A DNA stretch of 64,000 nucleotides, taken from contig JAPMXV010000054.1 in NCBI GenBank assembly GCA_026936335.1, positions 186,001-250,000 of the forward strand, in the 5' to 3' direction. Position 1 is the first letter of the stretch, and every line of letters starts with the position of its first letter. Under the pieces are notes generated by a model. The model was not told where the DNA came from, made no database searches, and was given only the letters and a program-made list of their open reading frames with translations. The position numbers were made by a program, and so were the translations under genes. Source of the DNA: Mantamonas sphyraenae STR306. Lineage: Eukaryota > Protista > CRuMs. Shown here piece by piece: positions 1 to 10,293 of the stretch.

Positions 1-160
1 CAACGGTGTTAGTTGACGGCTAGGGGGGGGGGAGGTGGAACGGGCGAATCCGGGCAAATCAAATTCCCACAAACTCACATTTAGAATGTGTTTGGGTCGT
101 GTGTTTCGTCCCAATGTGTGTTTGTGTGTGTTTGTGTGTGCGATACAGACGCGGTTGTTC

Positions 161-3100
161 TCAGGTGACCTGCTGCAGGTGTGGAGGCCGATGACCAAGA
201 AGGACGTAGCAAAGTCCAACCAGCCCAATGTTGAGAGCACCATTTGCATCACGATCAACGCAGCGTCGACGTTTGTCGGTGGCTGGATTGATATTGCTTG
301 CAAGTGACATGGCAGTGCCGTTCACGGTGGTTTGGTGTGTGCGAAGAAACGTGCTTGTGGAGCAGTCGCATCGCTTCAACCTGCCAAGCGGGGCGTGTGA
401 GCCTAGATCTGGTGCATACTGCATCTCTGCACCGCAGTTGGCACACATCTTGGACGTGAAGAACTCGTTGCAGCGCAGGACGATGTGTGTCCTTGCTAAG
501 TACTCCACCCCTTTCTTGAAGCCTCCGCTCTCGCCTCGCCATGAAACGGTGCCCACGATGTAGATGACCATCCTTGGTTTCTGATTGTCCCGAGGGCGGG
601 ATGCATTCGCCAACAGCTGCTGCGTGTGTGCATGCCGTCGCGTCCTGTGCATCTTGCCAATGCTGCCGTCAGGGTCTCCTCCTGCCGCTGCATGCCTTGC
701 GAGGCTGTGTGTGTGGTCATTGACCTTTTGCTCGTGGTGTGGGAGGGTGGGGACATTCCACCATCGCCCAATGATGGTGTTTGCCCCAGCGGTTGAAGGC
801 TCCAGCTGCGCACACACAGTATTGGTCTTGAACTTGCCCGGATCAATAAGACACAATTGAATACGTGTCTCCAGAAGTGTCTTGGTGTCCATGGTTTCCT
901 GCTCCGTGAGCGTGGGGCGCAGGCGCAGGGTGTGGAGGTCCACGACGGCCGGGTCTCCCGACGAGAGCGTGACACCTGCATTCCGCAGGCCATTCAACAC
1001 TTGCCGTGCGCCCAGAAGTTCGCCAACGCGATCGTTGCCCAGCAGGTGGCACAGCCGCAGCACCGTGATCAGTTTGTCCTTTGGTTGTGCTTCCTCTCGC
1101 AGTGCATGCTTCAGCAGTGGGATTGCGTACGCAAGGCTGCGTTGGTGTGGCTCCACAAGCTCGAGTAGCGAAAAGAGTGCATGTTGGCGTGCTTTGGGAT
1201 CGGTCCAGAACGCCCTGAGCATGCTCATTACCCCTTGCGTGTGCCAACCCTGCGCCTTGCAGACCTTGCCCGCAACGACCATGGTTCCGGTCATGGTGGC
1301 CAACTTCCTGGCAGATAGATTGGCCACTCGTGGGCAAAGAAGAAACAGCAACGCAGGAGCAGCGTTTACACGTTCGCGTTTCGCCTCGCCAGACAAGGGG
1401 TCACCAATGAGGGTGTGTCCGGCAAACCGTTCCAATTGCTCAACCACCTTGGCTGCTAACGAGTGCTGGTCCTGATTCTCAAACGCCCATTCCATGATGG
1501 CCTTGTTGGCTCCTGGCACATTGTCGGGGGCATTTCGCACCGCTTGGGCCACATCCATGTAATCGTCGCCCAGCCACGCCGAGACCTTCTTGGATCGGAG
1601 GATGTGCAGCTGCGCGTGCGGGGCAATGCATATGTCAGGGCTAAGGGATCGATCCTTCTTGGGGAGCCCCACGTTGTGGCCATGCGCAACTGCGAGAGAG
1701 AGCTCGTTCCAGGCAGCAGCGTCTTGCGCCTGTGATTCTCGCCCGAAAAAATGCGCAGCGTCGCCGAGGACAGAGTTGTTGAGCTGCGTGCGCAGATTCT
1801 CATTCGCATCATGGAAGAACCCGTCTTGCTTGCCGTTTCGCTTTCCAAACTCTGCTTTCAGCTTGATCAGACGTTGCTCCACCGCAATTTCGCCCTCGCC
1901 AAGCTCGTTGGCAATGGTGCGGACGGCCAGGTCCTGCGGCAACTCCTGCATGGCAGACAACTCTGACTTCAGTGCGGTTGCGAGCTGGTAACGAGAAAGG
2001 ATGCCCTTCAGTTCACCCACCACGGTTTTTGACGATTCCACAATCACCTTCTTGATGACGCTCTTCCACAGAGTCTTTTGGTGACCTGTCCACAAGCATC
2101 CGTCGTCGCCGTGAGGGGTGAGAACAAGTAGAACGTGATCAGCGTCATCCGGCTCGACCACGGTGTTGATCACGCCCGGTTTGGACCAATTCCGTGCCCA
2201 GTCGTCGGTGGAATCACGGATGACCAAGTATCGATCGCTTGCACGTGCAGAACGCAGCACATTGCAGATACGTTGCATGAACGACAGCATGAGTTTGTCA
2301 TGGTCGTAGAAGAACTCATCGGTTTGCGATGCGGCGCCGTGTTTTCGCTTGTTGTTGCTTCGACTCTTCCTGCTGCCAGCAGCGCCGGTGCTGCTGGTGG
2401 TGGATGCGCTTGCCTCACTTGTGGCGTCGCTGCTGGTGGCTGCGCCGGTGCTGCTGGTGGTGGATGCGCTTGCCTCACTTGTGGCGTCGCTGCTGGTGGC
2501 TGCGCCGGTGCTGGTGGCGGTGGATGCGCTTGCCTCACTTGTGGCGTCGCTGCTGGTGGCTGCGCCGGTGCTGGTGGCGGTGGATGCGCTTGCCTCACTT
2601 GTGGCGTCGCTGCTGGTGGCTGCGCCGGTGCTGGTGGCGGTGGATGCGCTTGCCACACTTGTGGCGTCGCTGCTGGTGGCTGCGCCGGTGCTGGTGGCGG
2701 TGGATGCGCTTGCCTCACTTGTGGCGTCGCTGCTGCTGCTAGTGGCCGCGCTTGCCCTCGTCACAGCGCGCTTTGACCTCCGTGGGCCCTCCTGGGGGGC
2801 ATCATACGTCGATACTCGCTCACCGCGCTGTCTGAATGCAATCGCAGCTGCTGCATACACACCTCTTTCCACCAGCGCAACCAGTTGGCCGGTCTGGACA
2901 AGCACTCCCTCGGCGCCGAAATCGCCTCCTTTGCTCCCGCTCACTTCCACTGTGCGCCTCGAGTCGAATGGGAACACTCCAAACGGAGTAACATCCTGTG
3001 TTGGCCCCTGATCGGAAGCAGCAAGTTGGACAAACTCATCCGCAACTTTCAGCTCAAGGTCTTGGGTTTTCGATGCCCGTGCGTGCGTTTGGAGGTCGCT

Positions 3101-5535
3101 GGCCAGGCTGGCGGTCAACTGCGCACCCAGTTCCAGAGCCTGGGCTTCGTTGTCTCGTAACTGCGACACCTGATCCTTTGCCGTCGCCCACCGTTCTGCA
3201 AGTTCTGCGTCAGAGGTTGCCTTTTGCCTCGCGGATGCACAGTAACTGGACACCTGCTTCGCAACGCAATGATTCAGGTGGTGCGCAATGCCGATCAGAA
3301 CCCCTTCGTTTTCCTTGGCACCCTCGACGACCAGGCAAACGTCATTGTGGCCAGAAAGAATGCGGAAGCGAGCAAACCTCAGCACTTGTTGGTAGAAGTC
3401 CTCTGCCAGTGTCGCACTGAGCCACTCAACCCCGTTCATGGGGAATGATTCGTTGTACAGTGTGACATGACCACCACGGCTCACACCAGCTGCATAAACT
3501 TCCTGCTCTTCCTGCGCATTCTCCTCCAGTGGTTCCTCCCGCGCGGCCCCCTCGTCATTCGGTCCATCCTCATGTTCCTCCGTGCCTTCCTGGTCGTTGT
3601 CCAGCGGAGCTGTGACCCAGTTGGTTGCGAATGGGCTCGTCGCCTCCCACGCGCGTACCCGCACTCGGATTTTCTTGCGTTTGCCCTTGCGCAGTCCAGG
3701 TTGAAGCAGCTGAACGGACTCAATGGGCACTTGAGCACACTGCCCATCTGCAAACTGCACATTGGATCCACTCTCGTCCTGGATGAACGCCTTTGACGAT
3801 CCATCAACTGCAACGAACAGCCGGAACCGGCTCGTCGCCTGCTGCAGTGTTTGCACAAGGTGTACGAGCTCATCAAAGCCATACTCGGCGCCAAAATACG
3901 TCCTCGCCTCCACGATATTTGCCAGTGCCGTGCTGCTGTATCCCATTTCGTGCATAGTGTCCCACAGCTCGTCGTACTCGTCTAGGTTCCACGAGCGCCG
4001 TTCGTCCAGACTCCGCTCGTCCAGACCCAGCTCACGCCTCGCCAGAGAATAGCGTGACCTCCAAAGCTTCATGTCGTCTTCCGTGGCACCCTGCACGTGC
4101 TTTTCAAGCCAGTCATACGTCTTTGGGTTGCGCAGCGCCAGAATTGAGGTCCAGAAAGCAATTGCGCACTCGGGTTCGCCAGCCAGCTCCGCCTCTTGCG
4201 CCTTACGCGCAAGCGCCAGCGGGACACGCAAATACGTTGTGCTGATGTCGCCCCTGCCTGCCATGAGTGCCACTTCAGCTGCTCGTTTGCGCTCCTCGAC
4301 CTCCACGGCGCACCATGAATAGTTTGAAGGGTGGATGATGTAGAGGGTCCTGCATGTGTGCGGAGCGCAGAAGAAGAAGTCCGAATCCACCGCGACAACC
4401 ACAAACACGCCGTCCTGCGTGTTTTCGAACGAATCAACAATTGCTTCATCCGCCGACCGCCCGGCTTCGGAAACCACAACCGTGTTATCGGCCTCCGCAA
4501 AGCGGACCTTCAGTGCATCCGTAAGCTGCACATACGCCTCTTCCTTTGCCGGGGGTTTCTGAGGGGAGAGAGCGGGTGTGAGAGTGTGTGTGAGATTTGA
4601 TTCGCAATGTTTTCAATGTCGCTCACTTACATCAAGTCCTCTGGCCACGCTACGGGCCATCTTGCGCACAGTGTGCATCATATGTGCTGGCCTCTTGGGG
4701 TCTCGGGGGTCGAACAGCGCCCGGTGTCGGTCCACGTGAACCTCCAGCTTGACGTCCATGTCGGTGGGCAAAGCACCCCGTACTTCCTCAACGGAGTCTC
4801 CAATGGTACCACACGCCTTTTCAAGCTCTGCAGTGCTTGGAGGGTTGCCTTTGTACCCATGCAGACCGGCAGTATAGTCTGTGGGAGCGTGGAGAGTGGC
4901 TGGCGAGTCAGCAGTGCGCACCATGACACTTCTCACCTCTTCGCCTCCAACGGGTGCCACATGCATGGGACGCATCCAGGACTACACAGGTGTATGTCCG
5001 GGCGTGCTACCAGTGTCCCAGCACGTTTTTAAAGGTCACAACCAACATTCACATCCACACGTCACACACGTCACAACGGCTTGCGCGCGCTCGTGGTGTC
5101 AACGAACCACGCACAGCCACACCACTTACACTGGGAGCCAAGATCCAATGCCACAAGCAAGCGACCGTCGTGGCTGCCACTGCTTCCTTGTCCTCCATCC
5201 TCACCCATCTCTTGGGAATTTTCAGCTGCGTGTGCCATAATCTGCTGCACGGCGTCCCCAACGCTCTCCGCGGAGGCGCTGGTTGACCGAGAGATAACAT
5301 GGTCTCTGATGCCTGTCTTCTGTTGACTGTACCTCTTGCGAGGGTACACCTGGCCCCATTGGCCCAGGTCAGCGCGTTTGTGATCCAGCACATCAAGATC
5401 GAGAACGGCAAATTTGTTTCCAAGCCGTGTCACTGGCGTATCCTGCAACGTAGCACTGGACACGTGTGGCAGTGACAATACGCTGCGTTTTGCCGAGTTG
5501 GCGACCTTCCTCTCCCTATCGGAGAGCCTGCCCAT
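161..5535 (-). CDS. Giant Fanzor-like (eukaryotic TnpB homolog) RuvC/Zn-finger nuclease with a putative N-terminal XPG/FEN1-like (PIN-fold) nuclease domain; 3 exons (5535-5130, 4878-4631, 4558-161), ~1683 aa
   Basis: RuvC-I LCLIDPG (D at 842-844). The canonical RuvC-II position reads YIVGT and the relocated catalytic E is in NEFFTSKMCANC (E at 464-466). RuvC-III VDRDANGALNI (D at 248-250). Introns 5129-4879 (GTAAGT..GCTGAC..CACAG, phase 1; alternative in-frame acceptor 21 nt earlier) and 4630-4559 (GTAAGT..CTCTCCCCTCAG, phase 0) join ORFs 5071-5619, 4613-4975 and 161-4531 in frame. N-terminal motifs: VALDLGSQYY, EVHVD..PK, SADEAI, VAVDSDFF, ALMAGRGD. Fanzor identity is well supported; exon 1 and the PIN call are less certain. 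Confidence 0.85.
2382..2736. repeat. 60-bp coding tandem repeat, ~6 near-identical copies (20-aa unit ATSSDATSEASASTATSTGA) inside the Fanzor-like ORF
   Basis: The lines starting at 2401, 2461, 2521, 2581, 2641 and 2701 are nearly identical. The unit is a multiple of 3 and there are no spacers. Confidence 0.95.
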
Positions 5536-5773
5536 TTGGTGTTGCCTCCTCCAGCGCAAGGGCCTTGTCATGCACAAACATCCGAGTAGAATCATCAATT
5601 GATGATATTCGCCAGTCAATGTGGGGTGGTCGCGTGATCACATGAACGTCTCATTAAGCGTGGGTGGCAAACCAAAATCATGGAAAAAGTCTGCACCAAA
5701 GCATCCGCACAATCCCTGTCCTCGCTCCACGAGTGTGACTGGACAAGCGTCGTGTACTCGTCAAGTTAGGAAT

Positions 5774-5800
5774 GTTTGGATAGTTTGGATAGTTTGGATT
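5774..5800. repeat. 3x 9-bp tandem repeat GTTTGGATA upstream of the Fanzor-like gene
   Basis: gtttggata gtttggata gtttggatt, read directly. Confidence 0.85.
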
Positions 5801-6025
5801 GGCCTGCCATTGCAGGATTCTCAATGCTTTGGATGCTCTAGAGGGCGCAAGGGGCATGCAGCTGCCACATACCCGCGATCCGTGGACAGGGACGGGGCAT
5901 GGGGATGGGGGTACAGGATTGATTCATATCACTGGATAAAATGGCATTCTTGTGAATCTCAGCCGCAAAAAGCCGGGGTCGCAATGAACCCCGAACCTGT
6001 GTGTGTGTGTGTTCATTCTTGTCGT

Positions 6026-6241
6026 TCATTTCCTCCTGCGCACCTGATCCACAACAGCCTTCATGGCGCCGCCGTTCTTGCCACGAAGAGAGTGCGACAA
6101 TCGCAGCGTCTTGCGGTTGAAAGGGAAAATCTGTACAAAGTTGCCCACCTTGGCCATCTCGATGGCGCCTCCATCCTTGTCGTCGTCCTCAGCACGCATG
6201 TTGCACACACCGCCCCTCTTTTTCGAGCTGGTGGTGCCACG

Positions 6242-6272
<31 letters not shown>

Positions 6273-7731
6273 GTTCCGCTGGTGCTGCCTCGGCTGCGGC
6301 GTGACAAAGCCGAGGAGGAGGAGGCACGAGAGGAGGCACGGACCGAGGAGGAGGATGAGGAGGATGAGGATGAGGATGAAGATGAAGAGACGGAGGTGGA
6401 GCTTTTGCCACGGTGCAGACGGTCGTATACGCTGGAGGAGTCTGTGGTGGACTCGCTTGTGTACAGGTGCTGGGGAAGGGTGTTGCCGTCAAAGCCGAGG
6501 GCATCCAGGGTGTCGTGCAGCAGGGCGGGTTTGACGAGTTTGTCGGTGTCACTGTCGATGGTGAGGGAGGGAGACATGTTGACTTCGAGTAGCCAGGCCT
6601 TGTTGTCCATGTCGAGGATGATGTCAAAGCCAAAGAGTTCAAAGGCGCCTGTGCCCTGTGGCACGGTGCCCACGACGGACAGGAGCGTGAGGATGATGAT
6701 TCGCTCGATGCTGGACCACACCCCGGTGCGGTCCATGCCGTGGTCATCCATGTATGCAAAGAGTTGGGCCAGGGTCCACTTGCACCCGGATCCCACTTCA
6801 TCCTTGTCCTCTGTGTACCCGGGGGCGTTCTTGTTGATCGACGAGTTGGTCAGGTGGGCAAACATGTCATCCAGGTCGTCCAGGTTGTACTTTGCGGTGC
6901 CAAACCTCACCAGGCCGTCCTGGTAGAGCAACACACGCAGCGGTGAGAAGCTGGTCACCAGCACGTAGATGCGCAGATCAAACTTGTATCCGCCAATGGT
7001 GAGGGGATTGGCCACGTATTTCTGCACCACGTACTCCTGGTCGTACGCCAGGTCGGTGATCTGCTGGAAGAGAAAGATCTTGCGACCCCTGCTCATGTCT
7101 GCAGGCTTGGCAATCCAGCAGCTCTGTGTGTGTGTGTGTCACGTCAAACAGGCCGTGGCCAGGCCGTCGTTGCAAGTCACACACATGAAACGATGTCAGT
7201 CAGCCGCGCGGTGGTGCAACGGAGCTGTGTCGGCGGGAAAATGGCGCCTCGGGGCCTCAACGGAAAAAACGCACCTGCTCCTCGTCCTCGTCGTAGGCGT
7301 CCACAAACTTTTTGTACTCTGTGGGCAGGTTGAATGCCAGTGGGGAAAAGTCATACACGCGCCCGTAGACGTTCTTGCAGCGGCGCAGGTTGCGGATCAG
7401 GTTTGTCTGCAGGGGGTGGAACCGGGGGGTGGTTAGCACAGCTTCGGTTGGGGGTTGGGGCTGCACACGGTACCTTGTTTGTGATGCCACTTGTTTTGGG
7501 AAAGTGGTTGATACGGTGTGCATCACTGCTGGCCTGGATTTCGCTGGCCTTGAAGCGGCAGCCCTTCCACCAGACGTTTGCGTGAGTGTGCACCTCGGGA
7601 TCAAAGGGTTGCCAACCACGGTCCTCAAACACCTCTCTGAGGGATGGTGGGCCCTTGTCACTCATACGGTAGACAAGCGGAGCCGTCTCCTCCTCCTCTG
7701 TGGCGGTTGTGGCGGATGCGGTGTTGCTCAT
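6026..7731 (-). CDS. Tubulin-tyrosine ligase-like polyglutamylase (TTLL2-like), multi-exon
   Basis: RINHFPK, VVQKYVANPLTIGGYKFDLRIYVLVTS, GLVRFGT, HLTNSSINK, GCKWTL, FELFGFDIILD, WLLEVNMSPSL; the exons lie in ORFs 7351-7827, 7257-7661 and 6026-7096. Confidence 0.9.
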
Positions 7732-7825
7732 GGGATTGATTGGGTGCGGGATTGATTGGGTCGGAGTCAGCGTCGTCACCCACTCGCACCCAACCACATT
7801 CCTCCCGTGTTCGGTCTCTGAAGAC

Positions 7826-10233
7826 ATGCTTCGACGAAGTGTGGGACGAGCCAGCCAGTTGCGTCAGGTGCGCCCTGTCAGCAGCAGCAGAAGCAGCAGC
7901 AGCAGCGGTGGTCGGCTGTGGGTGACGGATGCGCTGGAGAGCAAGGTCAGCAGTGGCAGCAGTCCCATGGTGGGTGTGCAGCCACGCGGAGTGGTCAGCG
8001 CTGCAGTGCGCAACGGTGGGTTGGGAACAGGTGCAGCTGGCAGAGGACGTGCATCAGGGATGATGGCAGTGACAAGCAACGCCGGTGGCAATGTAGCCCG
8101 TCGGCTCGTCAGCAACAGCAGCCACAGCGGCAACAGCAGCAGCGTGGGCCTGGGCCTTGGTATGAGCCAGACTGGCGGCCGCACGGGCACAGTGTCGGGT
8201 GTGGTGTGGCGCAGCATGCACGTAAGCGCAGTGCGTGGGCAGGCAAGTGGAAAAAGTGGGGCATCGGCGGCGGCGGCGGCGGCGGCTGCGTCTTCGTCGT
8301 CTTCCACGTACACATACGCAGGCGTGATGACTGTTGCTGGGGCCACAGTATTGGTGTATGTGATGACGACAAGCGAGACACACGGTGCAATGGTGGCAGA
8401 GGCGTCGGAGCAGAGCTCTGGATCGTCGGGAGTTCGCTCGCGCGGCGGAAAGCCGAACGCCGCGGCCCAGGACGTGTCCAGTGTGCCCAACAACAAGAAG
8501 TTCAAGTATGTGATCATCGGAGGTGGCACGGCAGGCTTTGCGGCGCTCAAGACGCTGGTGCAGCGTGACCCACACGGCGAGGTGAGTTTTTCGGAAAGGC
8601 GGCGAGCGTGGAAGGGAGGGTTCAGGCCGAACGAGGGCACGCTGGCACATACAGGCTGACACACAACACACACGCCACGCAGGTGCTCATGATCTGCGCG
8701 GAGGACAAGTACCCGTACTCGCGCCCGCCCCTGAGCAAGGAGCTGTGGCTGAGCAACCGTCAGGGGGCCGACAAGACAACCCAGGTGTTCAAGGACTGGG
8801 AGGGCAAGCCAATCGGGTACGTGACACGCGAGCGGCCATGTGCAATGGTCGCATTGGTGGAGGCACCGTGAATGTGGCCAGGGAGTTGCACGTGTGGGGG
8901 GCCGTGACTGACACTGTTGTGCTTGTGTGTGTGTCTATCTCTTGTGAACGGCGTGTGTGCTGGATCGATTGTGGCGCGTGATCGTTCTGTCTCTCTCTCT
9001 CGTTCCACAGTATCCAGTACGCCCCCCGAGGGTTCTACGAGAACGCAAACATCACGGTGCTGCTGAACACCAAAGCAGAGGTAAGGTTGAGCGTTGTGTG
9101 GCCTTTTGACGACAATTCGAGCAAACTCGGCACGCACACGTTCCTGACACCGGGGTTGCTGCGCGCAGAAACTGAACATCAACGAGCATCAAATTGTGCT
9201 CGACAGTGGCAAGGTGGTGCGCTTCGAAAAGTGTCTGATTGCGACAGGGTCGTCGCCGCGACAGATTGACATTCGCATCCCGGAGGAATGCGAGGAAAAG
9301 GTGGGCACGTTCCGTGGCTACAAGGACTTTGCAAACTTGAACATTGTGTCAAAGGAGGTGGAGAAGATCCTTGTGGTTGGGGGCGGTTTCCTTGGGTGCG
9401 AACTGACGGTGGCACTTGTGGATCGCGGCAAGCAAAACGGCAGGCTCAAGGTGGTGCAGGCGTTCCCAGAGGGAGGCATGCTGGGCAACGTGCTGCCTCG
9501 CTACCTGAGTGACTACACGACGATGAAGATCCGCGAGGAGGGAGTGGACGTGCGCCCAGACACGTACCTGGAAAAGGTGGAGCGCACGGACGACGACCGG
9601 CTGGAGGTGTCGTTCACCAACGACACGTCGGTGGTGGTCGACCACATTGTGTTCTGCCTGGGTGTGGAGCCGAACGTGGAGATTGCACGCGGCAGTGGCC
9701 TGGAGCTGGACCCCGTGAACGGTGGCATCATTGCCAACGCAGAGCTGGAGGCGCGCTCGGACATCTTTGTGGCCGGCGACGTGGCGTCGTACTACGACGA
9801 AATGTTGGAGGGGCGACGCAGGGTGGAGCACCACGACCACGCATACTTTACGGGCGTGGTGGCAGGCGAAAACATGACGGGTGCCAAGCGACCGTACACG
9901 CACTCGAGCATGTACTGGAGCGATCTGGGCAACATCAGCTTCGAGGCGGTGGGCGAAATCGACCGTTCGTTGGCCTCGATTTCCTTCTGGGCCAACAAGC
10001 CGGCTGTGCAGAGCAAGGAGGACAATCCGCACCCGATTGCCAAGATTGCGCGCCACGACCCGTTCCAGAAGGGAGTCATCTACTATTTGAACAAGGACAA
10101 GCGTGTGGTGGGTGCTCTGCTGTGGAACACACCCGACGCCGTCATGAACGTGCGCAAGCTCATCAAGACGCGCAAGACGTTTGCCAGCCGCGCAGACCGC
10201 GACGCCCTGCGCAACGTGGTCAGCCTGGATTAG
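7826..10233 (+). CDS. AIFM1: Apoptosis-inducing factor (AIF)-like mitochondrial FAD/NADH oxidoreductase, multi-exon
   Basis: Arg/Ser-rich transit-like N-terminus, YVIIGGGTAG, PYSRPPLSKELW, KCLIATG, VVGGGFLGCEL, ANAELEARSDIFVAGD, RRRVEHHDHA, YWSDLG, KGVIYYL..VVGALLWN. Confidence 0.9.
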
Positions 10234-10293
10234 AGTGGGCGTGGGGGAGGCAACACCAACAACAACAACAAAAAGTAATGGATGGTTTTTGGG

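Noticed and set aside
161-900. Bacterial IS200/IS605 TnpB contamination
   Set aside because: The gene has spliceosomal GT-AG introns, the Fanzor-type rearranged RuvC-II site, and is contiguous with eukaryotic genes.
2382-2736. CRISPR-like array next to a Cas12/TnpB-like nuclease
   Set aside because: The units are contiguous 60-bp repeats with no unique spacers and lie in frame within the ORF, so this is a coding minisatellite.
20-5841. CTAG at 20-23 and 5838-5841 as a target-site duplication or Helitron terminus bounding the Fanzor element
   Set aside because: No terminal inverted repeats are visible inside these sites, a 4-mer match is expected by chance, and no Rep/helicase is present. 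Multi-copy alignment is needed.
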